Part shown: positions 39,500 through 48,995 of the stretch, piece after piece
How positions within the stretch are numbered: position 1 is the stretch's first letter
Layout of the letters: each line of letters starts with the position of its first letter
From: Callorhinchus milii
Lineage: Eukaryota
DNA length: 64,000 nucleotides
Reading direction: 5' to 3'
Assembly: GCF_018977255.1 (NCBI RefSeq)
Contig: NW_024704742.1
Coordinates: 104,286,001-104,350,000 of the forward strand
The notes under the pieces: model-generated
The model's input: only the letters and a program-made list of their open reading frames with translations
Databases searched by the model: none
Told to the model about the DNA's origin: nothing
Program-made: the position numbers and the translations under genes

Positions 39500-40350
39500 G
39501 GAGACCGACCTGCAGACAGGCGGAACGATTGGGTGCATTAATTCCTTTGATTGCACCTGATCCTCGGCCCCCACACGGCCGAGGCCCGACTGTCGTGTGA
39601 TGTGCCGCACACACCCCGGGCCGAGGAGGGAAGGTGCAGCCCCTCCCGCCGGGCCATCGCCTGCCGTCCGTCCACACACCGTCCACACTGAGAACTGGCA
39701 AACCGCCCCCCACACGAGAGCGCTCCGCGCGAGGAAGCGACGTGCAATACACGTGGCAATAAATGCACCGCGTGGACCGGGCCCACCCCGAGCCGCAGTA
39801 ACCCTCCTCCCCGCGGGCCGCACTCACACCCCCCCCCCATCCTTCCCCCTCACAGTCACAACTGGTAGTGTGAGAGTCACGGGTGTAAATGACTGTCGTG
39901 TTATTGAGAAATGACCGTTTAAAGCGCCTCAAACACCTCATTCGAAGACTCCCATCTCGGCCTCGGGAACCGCGCGCCGAGAACGACCGTTGACGGGACC
40001 GGAAGAAGGAGCGGGCGGGGGCGGGGCAGGTCACACGTCAGATGATTGACATCCCGGCGGCCGCTGTCCCGCCTCCCAACCAATCAGCTACAGCGCGGGG
40101 TGAGGCGGCGGCGGGGTCGTGCGGGGCTCGGGACACAGCGCTTCCGGGTCAGTAACGGCCGCAGGCGCGGGTCCCCCGCGGGGTGGGTGGCGGTCGGTCG
40201 GTCGCGGTGTTTAGTTTGTTCTCGGGGTTTAAGTGCTGACTTCAAACGTGTGTGTTTATTGCTACGAGTGTAGAAATGACGCGAATACAATCGCAAACTC
40301 GGAAGTGACGCTGTTGATGTGACGCGAGTGTGACCCGAGCGGCCGGAGAT
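39500..40350. promoter_or_regulatory. CpG-island housekeeping-type promoter
   Basis: High GC and CpG density against an AT-rich background. ETS sites CCGGAAG (about 39999) and CTTCCGG (40141), GC boxes 40012-40026, CCAAT about 40080, ETS-CRE composite CGGAAGTGACG about 40300. Confidence 0.85.
39598..39722 (-). pseudogene. Degenerate SNORA13 paralogue
   Basis: Aligns to 38664-38794 (GCTCT.GTGT, GTTTG.CAGTTCTCAG, TGCACCTTCCCTCCT, TGTGTGC.GCACATCAC). The ACA box is kept, but the GTCAAA guide arm and the H box are lost (ACAGTA became ACGGCA). Confidence 0.75.
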
Positions 40351-40901
40351 CACAACAGGGCATCGAATACCAGCCTAAAAGTAGCCCAATATGGTGTGTC
40401 ACCTCCTCTCCTGTGGGCAGCACAGCGGCCGATCTGGGTTGAGTTTGTCAGTGCTTCTGAAACCGTAAGGACTTCAAAGAGAGAGGGGAAAAAAACACAA
40501 GTTTTGCTGTTTTAAATTTTTAAAAAAATTAAAAATTAGGTACCCGCCCAAAGCCATGTTTTCCCGCCCAGTAACAGCACCAACACAACAACACATTGCG
40601 TAAATGGGTGTCTAATAATTAATCTTTTAATTAATTGCATTCGTGCAATTTGGGAGGACGTCCCGAGGTGCCAGACAGTGAAGCGATTGCACCAACCACG
40701 TGTTTATATATAGCACTCTTCACGCCAGACAGGGTCTCGGAGCGCTTCCAAGTTGGGGTTGGGAGTCAAAAGGGGGTGAACCCGCCCAACCCGGCAACGT
40801 TGTGGAGTCTCGTTGATTAGGGCACTCGCCTCGCACGCGAAAGTATCTGGGTTCAATTCCCAGGCAGGGTGAAAAGTTAGGCAAGTTTCCTTACTCCACT
40901 C

Positions 40902-42455
40902 ACAACAACAACAACAAAATTACATTTGTAAAGCGCCTCTCACGTTGGGAGGACGTCCAAGGCAACGGACAGACAGTTAAGGACCCGAGCTGAGGGTCGG
41001 GGAGGGCAGGGGTGGAAGAAGGGAGATCGAAAGCACGGTCGAAAAGGAGGGCCTTGAGGTGGGTCTTGAAGGTGGTGAGGGAGGGGGTGAGACAGAGAGA
41101 CTGCGGGATGGAGTTCCAAAGGGTGGAGGCAGAGTGGCGGAAGGCTCGCCCACCGATAGTGGGGCGAGCAAGGCGGGGGATGTGAAGCAGGCCGTATCCT
41201 GCTGAACGGAGGAAGCGAACAGGATGGTAGGGGGTTAGGAGATCGGAGAGGTAAGGGGAGCAAGACCGTGGAGGGCTTTGAAGGTGAGGACCAGGATCTC
41301 GAACTGTATCCTCTGTGTGATGGGAAACCAGTGGAGTTGGGCAAGAATGGGGGTGATAGGGTCGCAAGGCCTAGTGCGGGAGAGGACATGGGCTGCAGAG
41401 TACTGGGTGGAGTCCTGTAGCTCAGTGGTTAGAGCACTCGCTTTGCAAGTGAGAGACCTGAGTTCAATTCCAGGCAGAGGGCGAAACCTTGGGCAAGTTT
41501 CCTTACTCCACACGCCTCATAATAATCCCTCCAAAAAAACAAAACAATAATAAATTGGTCATTTTCAATCTACGACTGTTTGTGGGACATTGCTGTGCGC
41601 AATTGGCTGCCGCGTTTGCCCACAAATATGCAGTCAATTCACTTTACGGTATATTCTGTGAAGCGCTTTGGGACGTCTAGAAGACGTGAAAAGCGCTAAA
41701 TCAAAGGCAAGGATTATTATTATTATGATCTGCAGCCTGTGGAGGGAGGAGTTGGGGAGGCCGACAAGCAAGGAGTTTGCGTAGTCAAGCCTTGATGATA
41801 ATGAAGGCGTGTATGAGGGTTTTGGTGGCCTGCGGTGTGAGATAGTGGTGGAGCCGGGTGAAGTTCCAGAGGTGGGGAAAGGCAGAGTGGGTCATGGCGC
41901 AGATGTGGGGTAGAAAGGAAAGTTGAGGGTCAAAAAGACCCCAAGGTTCCGGACTGGCTTAGTAAGGTGGAGTGTGCACCATGGATGGTGATGCTGTCAG
42001 CGCCTGAGGTGTGGAGGCCCTGATGGGAGCCAATCAGGAGAGCCTCGGTCTTGTTGATGTTGAACTGAAGAAAGTTAGTTCTCATCCAGGACTTGATGTC
42101 TGACAGACATTGTGTCAGGACAGCAGTGGTCCTGGAGTCCAGGGTGGAGGCAGAGAGGTACAGTTGGGTGTCATCCGCATACATGTGGAAGTTGATCCCA
42201 TGTCTGTGGATGATGTCACCAAGAAGGAGCATATAGATGTTGAAGAGGAGGGGACCAAGGACAGAGCCCTGAGGAACGCAGCATGAGATGGTCCGGAGAC
42301 TAGAGGAGAAGCCGTTTGAGGAGATGGAAGTGCAGGCGGTGTGAGAGGTACGATCTGAACCAATCAAGGACAGCGCCGTGGAGGTTGAGGTGAGAGGAGA
42401 GGCGGTGGATGAGGATAGAGTGGTCGACAGTGTTGAAAGCAGCAGAGAGGTCAAG
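40902..42455 (-). mobile_element. L2 LINE RT-containing fragment, interrupted by a SINE (copy 1)
   Basis: VPQGSVLGPLLFNIYM and YADDTQLY reverse-transcriptase motifs; frameshifted. Confidence 0.93.
41407..41726 (+). mobile_element. Full-length tRNA(Ala)-like SINE nested in the L2 (copy 1)
   Basis: GTGGAGTCCTGTAGCTCAGTGGTTAGAGCACTCGCTTTGCAAGTGAG head; (TTA)n tail. Confidence 0.92.
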
Positions 42456-43296
42456 GAAGGCACACCTCTGTTTAACTCGCAGTAAGCAGGAATCCAGTTG
42501 TTAGTCACTTTTCTGGGGGTTATAATCCCTTAAAAAAATAATAATGTGGTCACTCAATCCACAACTGTTTGTGGGACACAGCTATGTGCAATTGGCTGCT
42601 GCGTTTTGCCCACAAAGTATACACTTTACAGTATATTCTGTGAAGCGCTTTGAGATGTCTCATGCTTTCAGCTTTAATCCAAAAATTTTAACTTTCAGCT
42701 AATCCAAAACTCCGCTGCCCCATGCTCACTCGCACGAAACTCACACTGGCATCGGCATCGAATACCAGCCTAAAAGTAGCCCAATATGGTGCGTCACCTC
42801 CTCTCCTGTGGGCAGCACAGCGGCCGATCTGGGTTGAGTTTGTCAGTGCTTCTGAAACCGTAAGGACTTCAAAGAGAGAGGGGAAAAAAAACAAGTTTTG
42901 CTGTTTTAAATTTTTTTAAAAATTAAAAATTAGGTACCCGCCCAAAGCCATGTTTTCCCGCCCAGTAACAGCACCAACACAACAACACATTGCGTAAATG
43001 GGTGTCTAATAATTAATCTTTTAATTAATTGCATTCGTGCAATTTGGGAGGACGTCCCGAGGTGCCAGACAGTGAAGCGATTGCACCAACCACGTGTTTA
43101 TATATAGCACTCTTCACGCCAGACAGGGTCTCGGAGCGCTTCCAAGTTGGGGTTGGGAGTCAAAAGGGGGTGAACCCGCCCAACCCGGCAACGTTGTGGA
43201 GTCTCGTTGATTAGGGCACTCGCCTCGCACGCGAAAGTATCTGGGTTCAATTCCCAGGCAGGGTGAAAAGTTAGGCAAGGTTTCCTTACTCCACTC

Positions 43297-44851
43297 ACAA
43301 CAACAACAACAAAATTACATTTGTAAAGCGCCTCTCACGTTGGGAGGACGTCCCAAGGCAACGGACAGACAGTTAAGGACCCGAGCTGAGGGTCGGGGAG
43401 GGCAGGGGTGGAAGAAGGGAGATCGAAAGCACGGTCGAAAAGGAGGGCCTTGAGGTGGGTCTTGAAGGTGGTGAGGGAGGGGGTGAGACAGAGAGACTGC
43501 GGGATGGAGTTCCAAAGGGTGGAGGCAGAGTGGCGGAAGGCTCGCCCACCGATAGTGGGGCGAGCAAGGCGGGGGATGTGAAGCAGGCCGTATCCTGCTG
43601 AACGGAGGAAGCGAACAGGATGGTAGGGGGTTAGGAGATCGGAGAGGTAAGGGGAGCAAGACCGTGGAGGGCTTTGAAGGTGAGGACCAGGATCTCGAAC
43701 TGTATCCTCTGTGTGATGGGAAACCAGTGGAGTTGGGCAAGAATGGGGGTGATAGGGTCGCAAGGCCTAGTGCGGGAGAGGACATGGGCTGCAGAGTACT
43801 GGGTGGAGTCCTGTAGCTCAGTGGTTAGAGCACTCGCTTTGCAAGTGAGAGACCTGAGTTCAATTCCAGGCAGAGGGCGAAACCTTGGGCAAGTTTCCTT
43901 ACTCCACACGCCTCATAATAATCCCTCCAAAAAAACAAAACAATAATAAATTGGTCATTTTCAATCTACGACTGTTTGTGGGACATTGCTGTGCGCAATT
44001 GGCTGCCGCGTTTGCCCACAAATATGCAGTCAATTCACTTTACGGTATATTCTGTGAAGCGCTTTGGGACGTCTAGAAGACGTGAAAAGCGCTAAATCAA
44101 AGGCAAGGATTATTATTATTATGATCTGCAGCCTGTGGAGGGAGGAGTTGGGGAGGCCGACAAGCAAGGAGTTTGCGTAGTCAAGCCTTGATGATAATGA
44201 AGGCGTGTATGAGGGTTTTGGTGGCCTGCGGTGTGAGATAGTGGTGGAGCCGGGTGAAGTTCCAGAGGTGGGGAAAGGCAGAGTGGGTCATGGCGCAGAT
44301 GTGGGGTAGAAAGGAAAGTTGAGGGTCAAAAAGACCCCAAGGTTCCGGACTGGCTTAGTAAGGTGGAGTGTGCACCATGGATGGTGATGCTGTCAGCGCC
44401 TGAGGTGTGGAGGCCCTGATGGGAGCCAATCAGGAGAGCCTCGGTCTTGTTGATGTTGAACTGAAGAAAGTTAGTTCTCATCCAGGACTTGATGTCTGAC
44501 AGACATTGTGTCAGGACAGCAGTGGTCCTGGAGTCCAGGGTGGAGGCAGAGAGGTACAGTTGGGTGTCATCCGCATACATGTGGAAGTTGATCCCATGTC
44601 TGTGGATGATGTCACCAAGAAGGAGCATATAGATGTTGAAGAGGAGGGGACCAAGGACAGAGCCCTGAGGAACGCAGCATGAGATGGTCCGGAGACTAGA
44701 GGAGAAGCCGTTTGAGGAGATGGAAGTGCAGGCGGTGTGAGAGGTACGATCTGAACCAATCAAGGACAGCGCCGTGGAGGTTGAGGTGAGAGGAGAGGCG
44801 GTGGATGAGGATAGAGTGGTCGACAGTGTTGAAAGCAGCAGAGAGGTCAAG
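43297..44851 (-). mobile_element. L2 LINE RT-containing fragment (duplicate copy 2), with the nested SINE at 43803-44122 (+)
   Basis: Near-identical to 40902-42455. Confidence 0.93.
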
Positions 44852-45089
44852 GAAGGCACACCTCTGTTTAACTCGCAGTAAGCAGGAATCCAGTTGTTAG
44901 TCACTTTTCTGGGGGTTATAATCCCTTAAAAAAATAATAATGTGGTCACTCAATCCACAACTGTTTGTGGGACACAGCTATGTGCAATTGGCTGCTGCGT
45001 TTTGCCCACAAAGTATACACTTTACAGTATATTCTGTGAAGCGCTTTGAGATGTCTCATGCTTTCAGCTTTAATCCAAAATTTTAACTT

Positions 45090-45540
45090 TCAGCTAATCC
45101 AAAACTCCGCTGCCCCATGCTCACTCGCACGAAACTCACACCAGTTCAAGCCAGGCTCCACTGGCTCCCTATCACCGAATGGATCAATTTCAAGATCCTG
45201 GCTTGTTTTCAAATCTCATCATGCCCTGGCACTTCCCTCTTTGACCTGCTTATCCTCCTACCCACTCCCTCCGTTCGACTGGCTCCAGCCTTCTGCATTT
45301 CCCTCCTGCCTTCTGTTCCACCATCGGTTGCCACGTTTTCAGCCACTACGCCCTGAAACACTGGAACACTCTTCCTCTATCCCTCCTTGCCGACTCCTTC
45401 CCCATCTACAGGTTTTGCCTGAAGACCTTCCTCTTCGACCATGCCTACGTTCATCTCCCCCTTCCCTCATGCTCTGCCACTGTCAAACGTTCTAGGATGC
45501 TAACCTGCATGAAGGGCGCTATATAATTGCAAGTTGTTGA
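45090..45540 (+). mobile_element. L2 LINE 3' fragment, different subfamily
   Basis: QLIQNSAA...LHWLPITEWINFKIL motif; tail GCGCTATATAATTGCAAGTTGTTG. Confidence 0.8.
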
Positions 45541-45819
45541 TAAGGCACTATATCAAATGCAAGGTTTATTATATATAATAAAAACAAGTTGCTGGGAACA
45601 CACAGCAGGTCAGGCAGCACGTATGGAGAGGAAAATGAGTTAACGTTTAAGGTTGATAATAAATAATTCAATATATGCAAATAATTATTTTGCAAGAATT
45701 ATTGTTATTGGGTATATGGTGGTGTTTATTTGAATATAAACCACTTGTGTGATAAATCATAACATCCAGCCTTGACTATGCAAACTCTGCTTGTAGGCCT
45801 CCCCAACTCTTCCCTCCAT

Positions 45820-46146
45820 AATAACAATAATAATACTAATAATCCTTGCATTTAATATAGCGCTTTTCATGTCTTCTAAACGTCTCAAAGCGCTTCACAG
45901 GATAGACTGTAAAATGAATTGATGTATATTTGTGAGCGAAATGCAGCAGCCAATTGCGCTCTGCAGTGTCCCACAAACAATCGTGGATTGAAGTGACCAA
46001 TTTTTTATTATTGTTTTTTTCTTAAGGGATTGTTATCAGGCGTGTGGAGTAACGAAACTTACCCAAGGTTTTGCCCTTCCGGGAATCGAACCCAGGTCTC
46101 TCGCTTGCAAGGCGAGTGCTCTAACCATTGAGCTACAGGACTCCAC
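45820..46146 (-). mobile_element. Full-length tRNA-SINE nested in an L2 fragment (about 45765-46300, +)
   Basis: SINE head and tail present; the flanks read as continuous L2 sequence. Confidence 0.85.
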
Positions 46147-46302
46147 ATAGGCTGCAGCCCATGCCTTCTCCCGCACCAGGCTCCGTGACCCTATCAAGCC
46201 CATCCTCGCTCGACTCCACTGGCTTCCCATCACGCAGAGAATACAGTTCAAAATCCTGGTTCTCACCTTCAAAGCCCTTCATGGCCTTGCTCCCCCCTAC
46301 CT

Positions 46303-46930
46303 TAGAACATAAGAATTAAGAGCAGGAGTAGGTCATCCAGCCCCTCGAGCCTGCTCCACCATTCAATAAGATCATGGATGATCTATTCTAACTCCACCTA
46401 CCCGCCTTATCCCAATATCCCTTAATCCCTTTATCCACAAGAAATCTATCAAACTTAGTGTTGAATATGTTCAAGGAATGAGCATCTACAGCCCCCTGGG
46501 GTAGAGAATTTATAAATTCACTACCCTCTGAGTGAAGAAGTTTTTCCTCAACTCAGTGCGAAAGGGCTTACCCCTAATTTTAAGACTGCGACCCCTGGTT
46601 ATAGTTTCTCTAACTAGATGGAAAAGTCTCCCACTATCAATTCTGTCGTGCACCTTAATAATCTTATAGGTTTCTATATTCTTCTATATTCTAGAGAATA
46701 AAGGCCTAAATTGCTCAACCTATCCTCATAACTCACCCCCTCATCCCTGGTACCAACCTAGTAAATCTACATTGTATCCCCTCCAAGGTGAGTACATCCT
46801 TTCTTAAATAAGGAGACCGAAACTGCACACAATACTCTAAGTGCAGTCTCACCAGGGCCCTATACAGTTGCAGCAAGACTTCCCTACTCTTATATTCTAA
46901 CCCTTTTGTAACAAATGCGAACATACCGTT
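46303..46930 (-). mobile_element. CR1-clade LINE 3' end (shark HER1-like tail)
   Basis: LEYKSREVLLQLYRALVRLHLEYCVQF.SPYLRKD motif; tail CCTACTCCTGCTC...TTCTTATGTTCT. Confidence 0.88.
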
Positions 46931-47009
46931 TCAGACAGTCAGAACAGCAATAGGGATAGAACCAAGGGTTGCTGTGAAGAGGTGGAGACAAATATATAGT
47001 TTTTTTCCT

Positions 47010-47592
47010 CAAGGCTGGACTACGGGACCTCTCTCCTCGTCGGACTTCCCGGCACCTCCCTCCACAAGCTGCAGGTCATTCAGAACTCTGCAGCTCGTGT
47101 ACTGTCCCGCACCAGGACCACATCACTCCCACCCTCGCTCGCCTCCACTGGCTCCCCATCCCCCAGAGGATCGAATTCAAGATCCTCATCCTTACCTACA
47201 AGGCCATTCAAGGCCTTGCTCCCTCCTACCTCTCCGACCTACTAAAACCTATTTACCTGCCCGTACCCTCCGTTCCTCTGGCTCCGATCTGCTGCACATC
47301 TCCCATCCTAACCGCCCTACCATCGGTGGCCGAGGTTTCAGCCCCTAGGCTCTGGAACGCCATCCCCCAGTGCCTTCGCTTTGCGTCCTCCCTTTCCTCC
47401 TTCAAGGCCGGTCTCAAGACCTTTCTCTTCAGCCGTGCCTTCAGCTCTCCTCTCGACTCTCTACCCCCTCCTCGCTCCCTCCCTTCACCCTGACCATTTC
47501 CCCACTGATAAGGTCCCAACCCAACTGTCCAGCGTCTTGGGACATCCTCCCTACGTGAAAGGCGCTCTATAAATGCAATCTTGTTGTTGTTG
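47010..47592 (+). mobile_element. L2 LINE 3' fragment, young subfamily
   Basis: Close match to 13093-13768. Confidence 0.9.
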
Positions 47593-48016
47593 TAAATTAC
47601 CCTTAAATGTACACTGCATCGATTTTTGCATGCCAATCTAGCATCGACCACATTAGCCATAAATGTGCTACACCTGGCTTCGAGCGCTGACTGGCTGGTT
47701 TCTCCCACTTAAAAGTGGCCATCATCTGGCTTGTCAGGCCAGGTAGCATCGCTTCTTGTGCATTGTGCACGGGTGCAGGAAGTGACAGCAGCAGTGACCT
47801 GGAAATTGAACTTATTTTGCACCTCGCTTATAACACGGCTATTGAAATATTGGATGCAGCCGACCATGTTGTAACATGTTTCCCTATATTTTTCTCTCAG
47901 GATATTTTGGCTTGAGGTTTTACAATGGGCGATTCATAGCTTGTAGCATGTGACCATTCAGGATGTGTAATTGCTTGAGGGCAATGTTATGGTTATCAAA
48001 GTAAGGAATGCCTGTA

Positions 48017-48995
48017 CAACAACAACTTGCATTTATATAGTACCCATAACGTGTGCCGGAGCGCTTGACAGTCTGACCCCAAGCCAAGGGAAGACGGTGG
48101 GGTGGGTAGGTACGATCATAAAGGAAGGTCTTTAGGCAGCATTTGGAACTGGGGAGGAAGGGGGCAAGGCAGAGGGATTGAGGGAGAGAGTTCCAGAGTT
48201 TCAGGGCGCAGTGGCTGAAGGCATGGCCACCAATAGTGGAGGCGAGGGGACAAGGTACAACAGAAAGCCGGAGCCACCTGAGCGAAGACAGCGTTTGGTA
48301 GTGTGGGGTGGGGGAGTAAGCAAATCGGTAAGATAGGGAGGTGTGAGGGCATGAAGGGATTTGAAAATGAGTGAAAAATCGATCCGTTCAATAATTGAGA
48401 ACCAGTGGAGTCTGGCAAGGACTGGTGTGATGAGGGTATGGAGTTTTGTGCGGGAAAGTATATGGGCGGCAGAGTTTTGAATTAATTGGATTTCGTGTAT
48501 GGTGGAGCTGGGGAGACCAGTGAGGAGGGCAGTGGAATAGTCTAACCGGGAAGTGACGAAGGCGTGGACAAGAGTTTTGGCTACTTTGTTGTCCTTAAAA
48601 GACCCTCCATGGACCCATTCCTGCTGTCAACCTATCGCCCCATCGCCAACCTCCCTTTCCTCTCCAAGGTCCTGGAATGAGTCGTTGCTTCCCAGCTTCG
48701 CTCCTTCTGCTCCCACCACCCCTTTCTCGAAACCATCCAATCGGGTTTCTGTGCTGCCTACAGCACAGAAAAAGCCCTGGTCAAAGTGACAAGACATTCT
48801 GTCCATCTGCGACCAGGGCTCCCTCTGCCTCTTCGTCCTCCTTGATCTCTTTGTTGCCTTCGACATCGTTTCCCACTCTATCCTCATCCACCACCTCTTC
48901 TCTCACCTCAACCTTCACGGTTGTCTCCTTGAATGGTTCAGATCGTATCTCTCACACCGCCTCAATTTCATCTCCACAAACGGTTTCTCCTCACC
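48017..48995. mobile_element. L2 fragments in opposite orientation: 3' end on - (48017-48580) and RT N-terminal region on + (48580-48995)
   Basis: The + part shows PI..ANLPFLSKVLE, QSGFCAAYSTEKAL and LLDL..AFD RT motifs; the - part carries the tail. Confidence 0.75.

Larger units (their letters stand above)
35150..40011 (-). ncRNA. Spliced snoRNA host lncRNA, positional orthologue of EPB41L4A-AS1
   Basis: Pyrimidine-tract start (CTCCTTCTTCC, about 40011) in a CpG island. GT-AG bounded candidate exons at 39828-39861 (or continuous with exon 1), 39404-39509, 38450-38577, about 35618-35822, and a last exon from about 35492 with AATAAA at 35169-35174. No long ORF. Contains an intronic SNORA13 and lies tail-to-tail with EPB41L4A, as in human. 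Confidence 0.7.
40359..45141 (+). repeat. Near-identical head-to-tail tandem duplication, unit about 2.39 kb (40359-42747 and 42754-45141)
   Basis: Both copies start GGCATCGAATACCAGCC and end GAAACTCACAC. The ORF track repeats with an offset of about 2394-2396. Confidence 0.95.

Noticed and set aside
39422..40353. Several overlapping ORFs of 75-186 aa
   Set aside because: Expected from stop-codon depletion in a CpG island. They show no recognisable homology and overlap promoter, intron and snoRNA-paralogue sequence.
41407..41480. tRNA-Ala(TGC)-like sequence, also present in the other SINE heads
   Set aside because: The acceptor stem does not pair and the sequence continues into a SINE body and tail; not a tRNA gene.
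41930..42508. 192-aa reverse-transcriptase-like ORF and its duplicate at 44326-44904
   Set aside because: Frameshifted, truncated L2 ORF2 fragment; not an intact or domesticated gene.
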